64,000 bases of DNA from a virus (lineage: Duplodnaviria; Heunggongvirae; Uroviricota; Caudoviricetes). The notes beneath the pieces were generated by a model. The model saw nothing but the letters and a program-made list of their open reading frames with translations, ran no database searches and was not told where the DNA came from. The translations under genes and the position numbers were made by a program. The stretch lies in IMG/VR virus record IMGVR_UViG_3300025913_000020; one strand, written 5' to 3'. Below are positions 17,337 through 25,798 of the stretch, piece by piece (position 1 is the stretch's first letter; the number at the start of each line of letters is the position of its first letter).

Positions 17337-18728
17337 TCAGTGGTAAATCTTTCCGTCATCACCCAGGTAAAGGTGGAATTCGCCGAAAGCTTTTGAGGAG
17401 CGCGTCAGCCGGTCGGCCTGCGGTTTGGGCCAGTCACCGTCCCAGAATCCAGCGCCATGGCCGTTGCGTGTGAGCCAGAAGTCGTGACCGCCCTGCTCTG
17501 TACCGCCAACCGATAAATCTTCTGCGTTCTGCGCTTCGAAATTCTGGCAGTCTTCCTCCATCTCAAGCACGGTGCCTTCATCAAGCTCTGGTTCCTCCAC
17601 GTCCAGGGCTTTGCCTTCGGCGTGCAGCTTCTCCAGGTCTTCCTTCAACTGCTCCTCATCGGTGAAATACGCCGCCTCGATGTAAGCGTTGAGAAATTTG
17701 GATCGTTCAGGCGGGCGGGTTATTTCTTTCCAATCGTCTTCGTCCTCGCGGATTCCTTTTCCGCGTGCTGCCGCGTGGAACCGATTCCAGGTGGAGAAAT
17801 GATTCTTCGGCCAATTTCCTTTGGCCTCCAACCAGCGCGCCATCTCAACTTCGCTGCCTTTGAACTCGTCCAGAGTCATGGTGTCGAAGTACACTTTAGC
17901 CGCCCAAAGGTTATCACTTTCTTTGGTGACGTAGGTCTTCATCCAATCGTTAATCTGATACGTCCACGTGAATTGACCGTGCTGCGTAAATCCAGCGTTG
18001 GAAAGAAGTCCCTGTAAATCAGGCGTGATGTCTTTCCAGTCGTCGTCATCGGCAAAAGCTTCCTCTACCCAGTTGATTTTGTATTTGGCGTAGATGGACT
18101 TTAGGCGAGAAATGACTTCATCGGTTTTGAGTCCTATTTCTTTGATCTGCTGACCTTGCCGATTGGTGAGCCAACCGAGGATGTCCCAGGTGTCATCGTA
18201 GCGGTGCCAGATCACGAGAGAGCTGATTCCGGGTAATCCGTTTCTCATCCAGATCGCTTCGGTTTCCCGGCGAAAACGTAACTTCTCCAGGCGATCTTCC
18301 AGCGGCAGCGCGGTGACATCCTTCCAGTCTTCGTCCGCTAAAGCTTCCTGCACCGGCCAGTCTTTGATGTCCACGGCACGCACTTTGCGCTTCGAGAGGA
18401 AAGCCGCCATGGCCCGGTGATGGCCATCCAGGATATTGGGACCGTCGATGAGAATCGGGCCTTCTGGATTCTTACGGTAGGCTTTGACGAGCGACTTGTG
18501 GACCGGCATCTCCGCCACGTGGGTCAACTCTCTGAGTGGGTTACCGTTGGCAAGAAGCTTATCTGGATCGACTTCTTTGATCGGCAGCGGCACGTCCAGC
18601 TCGTGGTGGCCGAACATGTCCCAGACCCACTGTTCTGGACTGTGATCAGCAAATAAATCACCCAAGGTGATGGTCTGTCCTTGCTCAGTTTCAAGGACAT
18701 ACTTGATAATTTGCTGCGCGCTCGTCAC
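17337..18728 (-). CDS. ParB/sulfiredoxin-like nuclease-domain protein with three acidic DWKD(I/V)T repeats
   Basis: 463 aa; ILIDGPNILDGHHRAMAA carries the DGHHR ParB-nuclease signature; repeats ADEDWKDVT, DDDDWKDIT, EDEDDWKEIT. Confidence 0.6.
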   Translation of the reverse strand: MTSAQQIIKYVLETEQGQTITLGDLFADHSPEQWVWDMFGHHELDVPLPIKEVDPDKLLANGNPLRELTHVAEMPVHKSLVKAYRKNPEGPILIDGPNILDGHHRAMAAFLSKRKVRAVDIKDWPVQEALADEDWKDVTALPLEDRLEKLRFRRETEAIWMRNGLPGISSLVIWHRYDDTWDILGWLTNRQGQQIKEIGLKTDEVISRLKSIYAKYKINWVEEAFADDDDWKDITPDLQGLLSNAGFTQHGQFTWTYQINDWMKTYVTKESDNLWAAKVYFDTMTLDEFKGSEVEMARWLEAKGNWPKNHFSTWNRFHAAARGKGIREDEDDWKEITRPPERSKFLNAYIEAAYFTDEEQLKEDLEKLHAEGKALDVEEPELDEGTVLEMEEDCQNFEAQNAEDLSVGGTEQGGHDFWLTRNGHGAGFWDGDWPKPQADRLTRSSKAFGEFHLYLGDDGKIYH

Positions 18729-18732
18729 GCCC

Positions 18733-18881
18733 TAACTACTGTGCTGAAGGAAGACCTGTTTTACACACCAAACCTTGCGTTTGGCGATGTCTTCCGGGTA
18801 ACCCGCCTTTCGGAGGGATAGGTAGAAAAACTTCAATTCCCGCTCCTGTTCCGGCGTTAGTTGACGTGCTTTCCGCTTCAT
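18733..18881 (-). CDS. small basic protein (49 aa)
   Basis: MKRKARQLTPEQERELKFFYLSLRKAGYPEDIAKRKVW...; below track cutoff. Confidence 0.3.
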
Positions 18882-18920
18882 CAGCAGTCGGCTGCCCGAC
18901 TACTAATAAATACGATTCCC

Positions 18921-18939
18921 GCAAAAGTTTACGCGTTAC
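18921..18939 (-). promoter_or_regulatory. degenerate motif copy CGCAAAAGTTTACGCGTTA
   Basis: intergenic between 18929..19540 and small gene 18881. Confidence 0.25.
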
Positions 18940-19540
18940 AGTAAAATCCCCAAGGAGCCGAGGAGTGTTCTATGTTTGGCTCCCAACGATTTTTCAAGGT
19001 GACGCATTCCCACTGCGCAGCCGGTTTTCCAGCGCTATCGGTGAGCCAGCGCACGGACTGGATGCGAATAATCCGATCAGCACGCATGAAGATCGTCGGG
19101 CTGCCGCCGTAAAGGTGAGCCAACATGACGTTCTTGATGTCCTTGGTCTCCTGGTAAATGGCCACGACACTGGCACCAACTTTGAGCAGGCTTGCGCAAT
19201 CGGCTGCGGGGTTGGTTAAGGTTTCGCAGTGGTCGATAATCATGGTCTGGTGAGGGCGAGAGCGCGCTGACCAGTCACCGTGTTCGCCTTCGAAATCAAC
19301 AGAAATTGTCGTCTTGGCGTTGAAAAGCCTTTTGGCCAGCAGGGTTTTTCCGGTCTTGGGTTTTCCGATCAAGACGGTGAGTGTTGGCTTTACCTGCGGC
19401 TCGGTCCAGAACTGGTCCAGACGAAAGTCTTCGGCGACAGCGACGACTGGCTTTGGTTCACTCAGCGCCTTGACGATGAGTGGGGCAGCGAACGGAGTCC
19501 AAGCCAGCAGCTTAAGAAGGGATCGGCGGTTGATTTTCAT
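18929..19540 (-). CDS. P-loop NTPase (kinase/sulfotransferase-like) co-transcribed with fcl/gmd
   Basis: start [12 protein letters not shown] (ATGA overlap with 19537); Walker A VLIGKPKTGKTLLAKRL. Confidence 0.5.
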   Translation of the reverse strand: MKINRRSLLKLLAWTPFAAPLIVKALSEPKPVVAVAEDFRLDQFWTEPQVKPTLTVLIGKPKTGKTLLAKRLFNAKTTISVDFEGEHGDWSARSRPHQTMIIDHCETLTNPAADCASLLKVGASVVAIYQETKDIKNVMLAHLYGGSPTIFMRADRIIRIQSVRWLTDSAGKPAAQWECVTLKNRWEPNIEHSSAPWGFYCNA

Positions 19541-20475
19541 TTGGTGGTTGCGTGGTTTTTCAGGAAGTCGGCATAGGCAATCTTCAGGCCCGCTTCCAGG
19601 GTTACGGACGGCTTCCATCCTAGCGCCATGACCTTGGAGCTGTCCACAAATTTGATCGGGGTGCCGACGACGCCCTTCGGGTCGAACACCAGTTGGTCGC
19701 GCCCGAGGCCCACGGTGTCAGCTACCAGCTCCGCCAGTTCTCGGATCGAAATGTCCGTGCCGTAGCCGATATTGATCGGGGCTTCGTCGTTGTAATTTTC
19801 CATCACCGTGACGCAGGCGGCAGCCAGGTCGTCGGAGTACAGGAACTCCCGGCGCGCCGTGCCGTCGCCCCAGACGTGGACGTGCTCCTGGCCGCTGACC
19901 TTTGCCTGGTAGAACTTGCGGATCAGGTCCGGGATGACGTGGCAGCCGGGCTTGTAGGTGTCATTGATACCGTACAGGTTCGTCGGCATGACGCTGATGA
20001 AGTTGTCACCAGACTGTTTACGGTACGCCTGGCACAGTTTCAGGCCGGTGATCTTGGCCAAGGCGTAAAATTCATTGCTCGGTTCCAGCGGTCCGGTCAT
20101 CAGGTATTCTTCCTTGATCGGCTGCGGACAGAGCTTCGGGTAGATGCACGAGCTGCCGAAGAACATGAGCTTTTTAACGCCCGTGACGTGCGCTGTTTCG
20201 ATGACGTTGAGCTGGATTTCCAGATTGGTGACCAGCATCGACACCGGTTGCTTCATGTTGCCTTCGATCCCGGCGACTTTAGCTGCCGCCAGGAAGACGT
20301 ATTCCGGTTCATGCTTCAGAAAGAATTTCACCGTCTGACCGATGTCGGTCAAATCGAGTTCGCTCCGGGGTGCGGAGAGAAGATTAGTGAAACCTTGGGC
20401 AGTGAGCTGGCGCATCAACGCAGAGCCGACGAGGCCCTTGTGACCGCACACGAGGATTTTGGAGTTCTTGTTCAT
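19537..20475 (-). CDS. fcl: GDP-L-fucose synthase (GDP-4-keto-6-deoxymannose 3,5-epimerase/4-reductase)
   Basis: 312 aa; [15 protein letters not shown] Rossmann motif, [18 protein letters not shown] catalytic YxxxK; immediately downstream of gmd. Confidence 0.85.
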   Translation of the reverse strand: MNKNSKILVCGHKGLVGSALMRQLTAQGFTNLLSAPRSELDLTDIGQTVKFFLKHEPEYVFLAAAKVAGIEGNMKQPVSMLVTNLEIQLNVIETAHVTGVKKLMFFGSSCIYPKLCPQPIKEEYLMTGPLEPSNEFYALAKITGLKLCQAYRKQSGDNFISVMPTNLYGINDTYKPGCHVIPDLIRKFYQAKVSGQEHVHVWGDGTARREFLYSDDLAAACVTVMENYNDEAPINIGYGTDISIRELAELVADTVGLGRDQLVFDPKGVVGTPIKFVDSSKVMALGWKPSVTLEAGLKIAYADFLKNHATTK

Positions 20476-21485
20476 TTTGGGTTTTTGCGTACGTCTTCGA
20501 TGTCGGCCTGCACCATTTTGCAGACCAGGGATTTGAAATCGACTTCGGGCTTCCAGCCCAATTCCTGTGCTGCTTTCCGGGCGTCACCGCACAGGTAGGG
20601 GACCTCGGACGGACGCATGTATTTCTCGTCCGTCTCAATAAACATGTGATGATCCAGTCCGGCAAACTTAAACGCGTTGAAGGCGAAGTTCTTCACGCTG
20701 TGGGCCTCCCCGGTCGCGATGACGTAATCGTTCGGTTTGTCCATTTGCAGCATCATCCACATGGCGCGCACGTAGTCCTCGGCGTCGCCCCAGTCGCGCT
20801 TCGCATCCAGGTTCCCGAGCGCCACTTTCTCTTGCAGTCCGGCTTTGATCCTGGCCACGGCACGGGTGATCTTGCGCGTGACGAAGGTTTCTCCCCGGCG
20901 CGGGCTTTCGTGGTTGAACAGGATGCCGCAGCTAATATGCAGTCCATGTGCCTCTCGGGCATTGACGCACATGTTGTGCGCAAAAACTTTGGCTGCCGCG
21001 TAGGGTGAGCGCGGGTGGAATCGGGTGGTTTCATTCTGAACCAGTTTCCCGTCAACAGTTGACATCGAGGTCCCGTACATTTCCGAGGAGGACGCCTGGT
21101 AGAAGCGCGCCTTCGGGCAGACGAGGCGGAAGGACTCCAGCAGATTCAGCGTGCCGATCCCAGTCACCTGAGCCGTGTAAACGGGCTGCTCGAAGCTGAC
21201 TTTTACGTGGGATTGTGCGGCCAGGTTGTAAATCTCGTCCGGCTGGACCTTCGCCAGAATGTGGTGCAGCGAAACGGAATCCATCATGTCGCCGTGGTGC
21301 AGGTGCAGCTTGTCGAAGATGTGGTCGATCCGGCTGGTGTTGAAGGTCGAACTGCGCCGCATAATACCGTGGACCTCGTAACCCTTCCTCAATAAAAGCT
21401 CTGCCAGGTAGGAGCCGTCCTGGCCGGTAATGCCTGTGATCAAAGCCTTTTTGGTTGGTTGCTCGGATGTGGATTCGGTCGTCAT
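20472..21485 (-). CDS. gmd: GDP-mannose 4,6-dehydratase
   Basis: 337 aa; [49 protein letters not shown] (YxxxK) are canonical GMD motifs. Confidence 0.9.
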   Translation of the reverse strand: MTTESTSEQPTKKALITGITGQDGSYLAELLLRKGYEVHGIMRRSSTFNTSRIDHIFDKLHLHHGDMMDSVSLHHILAKVQPDEIYNLAAQSHVKVSFEQPVYTAQVTGIGTLNLLESFRLVCPKARFYQASSSEMYGTSMSTVDGKLVQNETTRFHPRSPYAAAKVFAHNMCVNAREAHGLHISCGILFNHESPRRGETFVTRKITRAVARIKAGLQEKVALGNLDAKRDWGDAEDYVRAMWMMLQMDKPNDYVIATGEAHSVKNFAFNAFKFAGLDHHMFIETDEKYMRPSEVPYLCGDARKAAQELGWKPEVDFKSLVCKMVQADIEDVRKNPK

Positions 21486-21520
21486 GGTTCCATAGAACCG
21501 AAATCGTAGTTAGATCGCGT

Positions 21521-21907
21521 ATGCAATATCGTTACGGCGCAAGCTTAAGATTAGTGGCTCCGACCGGGCGCGTGGTGCCCGGCCAGTTGGGTGATTGGAA
21601 TGACGGCGACCCCATCATCCATGTGCCCAGTTACCAGATCGAAGCGCCATTAGGCATCCTCGCCGAGGAGGGTTGGGAAATCCCGAGCCTGGAACCGGAA
21701 GGAGTGGCCAGCTACGCCGCCGAGGCCGCCGAGATCGTCAATACCATTCTCTCGGAAGATGAACCGCCTGTGCAGGCCGCCCGGCCTCAAGAGCGGGCTG
21801 TGGGTCGTGATGTCCCGAAATCGAAATCTCGCCCTCACTGCCGGGCCTGTGGCTCGTTCGCGCATACGGAGGACAACTGCCCGATGCAGGGCATGTCCGT
21901 AGTCTAA
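21521..21907 (+). CDS. hypothetical protein with C-terminal CCHC zinc knuckle
   Basis: start MQYRYG; ends CRACGSFAHTEDNC (CX2CX4HX4C). Confidence 0.4.
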   Translation: MQYRYGASLRLVAPTGRVVPGQLGDWNDGDPIIHVPSYQIEAPLGILAEEGWEIPSLEPEGVASYAAEAAEIVNTILSEDEPPVQAARPQERAVGRDVPKSKSRPHCRACGSFAHTEDNCPMQGMSVV

Positions 21908-22207
21908 TTACTTGAACAGCTTCTTGTTCAAGTTCATCAGGCTGCCTTCAGGAATGTTTTTATCGGGTGGACCCCCGCGCCGCCTGGATGCCTTCGCTTT
22001 GGCTTGAATCTTCAGACACTGCCAGGCCGTGAGGATCGGACCCATGCCGCAGATGTGAGGAGACTTCGCCGCGCCAAGATCGCCGATCATCTGGCCGTAG
22101 TCGAGATGGGCGGGATTGCCGAAGTAGTAGCGCCAGGAGAGCACCCAAGCTGCACATCCGAAAAGCCGCAGGCCGATTCCCTTTTTCGGATTTTCTTGTG
22201 CTGTCAT
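21908..22207 (-). CDS. hypothetical protein (99 aa)
   Basis: operon context. Confidence 0.4.
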   Translation of the reverse strand: MTAQENPKKGIGLRLFGCAAWVLSWRYYFGNPAHLDYGQMIGDLGAAKSPHICGMGPILTAWQCLKIQAKAKASRRRGGPPDKNIPEGSLMNLNKKLFK

Positions 22208-22815
22208 TCGCCCAGGATTTCGTCGATAGCGTCGAGATGGCCTTGAATCTTGCTGCGCGCCTCGCGGAACTTTTCCAGGATGACCTGGTCTTTGCTCCGG
22301 CGATACATCAGCGCCATCATAGCTAAATACGACAGTTCAGGTGAGTTGCAGACCTTGCGGGCAAAAGCTTCGAATTGATTCAGGGCGTCGGCGCGTTTGG
22401 GAGTGGGCGTTGGGCCGTGCGCTTGCTCGAACCCATTGGCAACCTTCTCACGGCTTTCGGCTAAATTAAGAGTCGGCTGGCTGTCCGTGGACGACGCTCG
22501 GTTCCTCAACCCGTTCGTCCATGAAGTGGGCCAGCCGATATTTGCAGAATCATTGTCTTTATTGGCCAGCCACCAGGTGGCGTCACTGATCCCACGCAGG
22601 GACGCGGTGATGTGGCCAGGGAGATCGCGCCTCCACTCCGTGAATTTAGTGGTGCGCGTTTTCGAGGCGAAACTTATTTGAGCTTCGCTGGCACCGACGA
22701 GAATGATAAACGAAGTTGTCGGAAAGGGCGGCGGATTAAGCTCGCTGACATCACACTTGACCAGGGGTTCGTGGGGTTCCGAAGTTGCCTTCAAAAGTGA
22801 CTGCGTTGTATCCAT
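22204..22815 (-). CDS. hypothetical protein (203 aa)
   Basis: ATGA overlap downstream; motif 6 nt upstream of ATG. Confidence 0.5.
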   Translation of the reverse strand: MDTTQSLLKATSEPHEPLVKCDVSELNPPPFPTTSFIILVGASEAQISFASKTRTTKFTEWRRDLPGHITASLRGISDATWWLANKDNDSANIGWPTSWTNGLRNRASSTDSQPTLNLAESREKVANGFEQAHGPTPTPKRADALNQFEAFARKVCNSPELSYLAMMALMYRRSKDQVILEKFREARSKIQGHLDAIDEILGE

Positions 22816-22820
22816 ACTCG

Positions 22821-22837
22821 AAAAAGTTTACATTTTC
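22821..22837 (-). promoter_or_regulatory. motif copy AAAAAGTTTACATTTTC, 5 nt from ATG 22815
   Basis: intergenic after 22862..23188. Confidence 0.45.
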
Positions 22838-22861
22838 TTCGTGGACCGCGCAACCCCAAAA

Positions 22862-23188
22862 TTAGTGATGGTGGCCGCCGAAATCGAAGCTGTTGGTGCC
22901 GTGATCGTGGTGCGGCATGTCGGGCATCGGCGTGTGATGCGACTGGTGCTCGATGGGAGGCGGTGGATCAGGAATGGGATTGTGCGAATGGTGCGGAGGC
23001 GGCTCCGTAGTCTGAGCCTGGTGCAGTGGACTCAGCGGGCTGGCCGGATTCAGCGGGCTAATCGGGTCTTCGAGACCGAGCAGATCGCGGGCGCGCTCTT
23101 TTTCACGAAACGGCGGCAGCTCTGCGCGAATGAATGGACGTGTGGGACGATACTTCTTTTTCTTACGGAACAAACTGAATGGCCACAT
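22862..23188 (-). CDS. His/Pro-rich low-complexity protein
   Basis: 108 aa ending ...HHTPMPDMPHHDHGTNSFDFGGHHH. Confidence 0.3.
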   Translation of the reverse strand: MWPFSLFRKKKKYRPTRPFIRAELPPFREKERARDLLGLEDPISPLNPASPLSPLHQAQTTEPPPHHSHNPIPDPPPPIEHQSHHTPMPDMPHHDHGTNSFDFGGHHH

Positions 23189-23442
23189 AGATTACCCTTT
23201 CGCAGTGAGGACAGTGTTGCCCTTTTTGATTTTTACCTTTCTCATTTTTAACTTCATCTCTATCGAGTTTCCGTTCAACGATACGCTACCTGAAGTCACT
23301 TTTGAACCCTTCTTTGTGGCTGCTTCCACCATGATCAATGTCGCGTCGAGAAACATTTTCGCAGTTCGTTTCGGAACGGTCGCGAACAGGGCCTCCAGGC
23401 AGGAGCCGTGGACCGGCCTTTCTTCGACGGCGGATTCAGCAT

Positions 23443-23622
23443 TCACGGAGGACATTGGGTTGGTGGGTTTTGCGGTCTTCCCTTCTCGCGACCGCACATC
23501 TGGCAAAAATAGTAAGAGTAGCTGTCGCCGACCGACACCTTTCGCCAGTCGTGCTCCTTGCCGTCGCGGCAGGTGTCTTCGGTGGGCTGGTGAAGATTCT
23601 GGTCCTGGGGAGCGTCGCTCAT
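23443..23622 (-). CDS. small zinc-ribbon protein (59 aa)
   Basis: MSDAPQDQNL...CRDGKEHDW...CQMCGREKG; ATGA overlap with 23619; below track cutoff. Confidence 0.3.
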   Translation of the reverse strand: MSDAPQDQNLHQPTEDTCRDGKEHDWRKVSVGDSYSYYFCQMCGREKGRPQNPPTQCPP

Positions 23623-23777
23623 TTGGCGGCCTTGGGTTCGAATTTAACGCGCAGATCATCACGAAATCGACCACACCATTGGCAGGTGCTGCCTTGCCAC
23701 CGATGGCGACTTCCCACCTGTTTGCCGGTGCGCGGATTGCGACCGTAACAGGGCCGTAGATGATAAATCGTCTTCAT
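23619..23777 (-). CDS. small zinc-ribbon protein (52 aa)
   Basis: start MKTIYHLRPCYGRNPRTGK 29 nt after motif; track ORF start 23816 is inside motif. Confidence 0.4.
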   Translation of the reverse strand: MKTIYHLRPCYGRNPRTGKQVGSRHRWQGSTCQWCGRFRDDLRVKFEPKAAK

Positions 23778-23804
23778 CCCAGTAAGCTTGTCCCGATGAC
23801 CGAC

Positions 23805-23826
23805 TTTTGTAAACAATCTTGTTTAC
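23805..23826 (-). promoter_or_regulatory. motif TTTTGTAAACAATC plus adjacent inverted half-copy GTTTAC
   Basis: intergenic; overlaps stop of 23823..24080. Confidence 0.5.
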
Positions 23827-24080
23827 TTAGTCTCAGTCTTGTCTTCGTCAGGCTTGATCTCGTCAAACTTGTACTTCTTTGCCAGCTCTGGCAGCTCATC
23901 GGTGATCAGGCCGTGGAGAGCGATGAAGTGACGAGGAACGATAAACTGACGATCACCCACACGGACGACCGTGGTCGGCCCCAGGCGGGAGATTTGTTCT
24001 TCGACGTAGAAACGTTTTTGCGGATCGGAATAATGGAGCGGTTTTCCGCACGCGCACAACTCCATGTCATTTAAGGGCAT
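23823..24080 (-). CDS. hypothetical protein (85 aa)
   Basis: CACGK motif. Confidence 0.4.
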   Translation of the reverse strand: MPLNDMELCACGKPLHYSDPQKRFYVEEQISRLGPTTVVRVGDRQFIVPRHFIALHGLITDELPELAKKYKFDEIKPDEDKTETK

Positions 24081-24349
24081 TCGAAAATATCTTTCGGTAA
24101 AAATCCCGCCTTACCGAGACCGCGTGGTTCCACCAGGATGCCGATGATGCGATGTTTCTTTCCACAACCTCCACAGATGAATGTGAAGGTATCGGTTACG
24201 TCCGTGTGGACCGTGTATTCGGTCCCTATCGGGATACTGTCATCAAGAACGGAAAAGCCGCAGGGGCAGATGCTGAGCTTCTTTAGTTTGACTTTGGTGA
24301 TGGTTTCAAAGGCCATAAAGAATCTCAGTCCTTCAGCGGTTGCGCTCAT
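24071..24349 (-). CDS. zinc-binding hypothetical protein
   Basis: CPCG...CGGCGKKH. Confidence 0.4.
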   Translation of the reverse strand: MSATAEGLRFFMAFETITKVKLKKLSICPCGFSVLDDSIPIGTEYTVHTDVTDTFTFICGGCGKKHRIIGILVEPRGLGKAGFLPKDIFECP

Positions 24350-24690
24350 GGGGTTTGAGCTTCGACCGGCACGGATACTGATGACTTACCGGTGGAAATC
24401 GTATCGGTGTAGGAAGCTTTGCTATTCCGCCCGTCCACAATGTAAACGTAGTGCCCGTTGTCAGAGAACCGGTAAACCTTCATTCCACTGATGGTGAACA
24501 AGAACTGCACGTCATAGTTGCTCGCAGGCATCGAGACCTGGGTGGCGACGGGCGGGGTCACTTTGACCGGCACGCCCTGGTGAGTTTTCTTTAGGAAACC
24601 AGCGGCCATCGCGGCCAGGATGGCTATGATAGCGATCAGGACCAGGACCTCAACCAGCGTCAGCCCTTGGGTTCTTTTGTAGTGAGCCAT
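24346..24690 (-). CDS. prepilin-type N-terminal cleavage/methylation domain protein (type IV pilin/pseudopilin-like)
   Basis: start MAHYKRTQG-LTLVEVLVLIAIIAILAAMAAGF: G-x-T-L-x-E prepilin peptidase site followed by hydrophobic helix; track ORF N-terminal extension rejected. Confidence 0.55.
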   Translation of the reverse strand: MAHYKRTQGLTLVEVLVLIAIIAILAAMAAGFLKKTHQGVPVKVTPPVATQVSMPASNYDVQFLFTISGMKVYRFSDNGHYVYIVDGRNSKASYTDTISTGKSSVSVPVEAQTP

Positions 24691-24962
24691 TTTATGTCCT
24701 TGTAGGTGATTTCGTAAATGTGATCGCGCTCGATCACCTTGACCTTTGGGTCGATGGTCGCAATCGCGACAGGTTGGTTCGCCTTCAGAAATAGGATCAG
24801 CGTGGCAGAGGGAGCGAACGCAAGCCGCACGGTGCCGCCCTCCTTCTTCGGCCAGATGATTCCGCGCATCCGGTAATGGATGATGGTCTCCGGCCACGCC
24901 AGGGAGGCGCGGTTGGCGTTGGCGTAAAAAGTCGGCGGCCCGTTTCTTTCAGCGATTGGCAT
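24660..24962 (-). CDS. hypothetical protein (100 aa)
   Basis: 30-nt overlap with pilin-like gene. Confidence 0.35.
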   Translation of the reverse strand: MPIAERNGPPTFYANANRASLAWPETIIHYRMRGIIWPKKEGGTVRLAFAPSATLILFLKANQPVAIATIDPKVKVIERDHIYEITYKDIKWLTTKEPKG

Positions 24963-25198
24963 TAGTGGTCCCTCGTAATCGACGTATCAGCAGCGGGCAC
25001 CTGCGCTAATGGGTCGGTCGCCGTGATCGTCACCACGTCCACGTTCTGCACTCGGCTGACTTCGACTTTAGCAGGGTAGGCCGTGAACGCGCCGGGCATG
25101 TCGAACACGGCGGTCGGAATAATGACAATGTGATCGGGGCAGGCCAGGAGTTCCTTCGCAATCTGGTGGGCTGTTTTGAATTTGGATAAATCAATCAT
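24962..25198 (-). CDS. hypothetical protein (78 aa)
   Basis: operon context. Confidence 0.4.
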   Translation of the reverse strand: MIDLSKFKTAHQIAKELLACPDHIVIIPTAVFDMPGAFTAYPAKVEVSRVQNVDVVTITATDPLAQVPAADTSITRDH

Positions 25199-25199
25199 G

Positions 25200-25475
25200 T
25201 TAATTTTTCTTGGCGGTTAGGAGCGGGCACCAATCCGGCTGCGGTACGTCCTTAGTTTGGTAAGGACGTACCGAGCCTGCGATGCGGCGGTACGGGCTGC
25301 GGTCGGCCAGGTACTTCGCTTCTGGGTCGGGCTTGGGGTTTTGGGTAATCGAGCACACCACCGCTTTGTCATCATCGCAGAACCAGTCATCCGGGTCTGG
25401 ATCGTTGATAATGCGATGATGCGGGCAGTTGATGCAAAGCACCGTGGTCTGAGCGCCTGTAACAGGATCAGTCAT
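25200..25475 (-). CDS. hypothetical protein (91 aa)
   Basis: start MTDPVTG, ATGA overlap with 25472; CINCPHH. Confidence 0.35.
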   Translation of the reverse strand: MTDPVTGAQTTVLCINCPHHRIINDPDPDDWFCDDDKAVVCSITQNPKPDPEAKYLADRSPYRRIAGSVRPYQTKDVPQPDWCPLLTAKKN

Positions 25476-25798
25476 GGCTTGAAGGTGCCGCCGCCTCGAT
25501 AGGTAATCGCCAGCTTGGCCTGTTCGGCCAGAGGCTCCCAGTCGAGGATGGTGAATTCCTGCGGGGCCTTGCTCCGGTGAAGGGCGACGATCTGCGCGCA
25601 GATTTTCATCATTGCGTCGATGCTGTTGGCCGGGCACATGAGCCATTCTTCGAACTGCTTCCAGCACTCCGCGCAGATGTGCTTCTTCTTGACGTTGGGG
25701 TCAGCGGAGCCGTCCGGCAGCTCAGCGGGCGGCGAGAACGCCAGCCCGCCGTAGGTCATCAGTTCACGCCCGCAGTGATCGCACTTGGGTTTGATCAT
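25472..25798 (-). CDS. zinc-ribbon protein
   Basis: CDHCGRE...CAEC. Confidence 0.45.
   Translation of the reverse strand: MIKPKCDHCGRELMTYGGLAFSPPAELPDGSADPNVKKKHICAECWKQFEEWLMCPANSIDAMMKICAQIVALHRSKAPQEFTILDWEPLAEQAKLAITYRGGGTFKP

Noticed and set aside
18882-18928. Hairpin GTCGG-ctgc-CCGAC after the gmd-fcl-P-loop operon, as a terminator
   Set aside because: It is preceded rather than followed by the T-rich run in the sense orientation.
18929-19540. Twin-arginine export signal on the P-loop protein
   Set aside because: The RRSLLKLL resemblance is noted, but a cytoplasmic Walker-A NTPase domain makes Tat export unlikely; treated as coincidence.
19693-20598. 301-aa plus-strand ORF antisense to fcl
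   Set aside because: fcl is confidently identified; the antisense frame is a GC-driven artefact with an Arg/Asp/Val-rich product.
23130-23759. Plus-strand ORFs 23130..23759 and 23338..23748 and the minus ORF 23192..23674
   Set aside because: The plus frames are Arg/Ser/Pro-rich junk. The long minus ORF overlaps the small zinc-ribbon gene out of frame. At most its last ~55 codons (MFLDATL...) could be real, and I could not support them.
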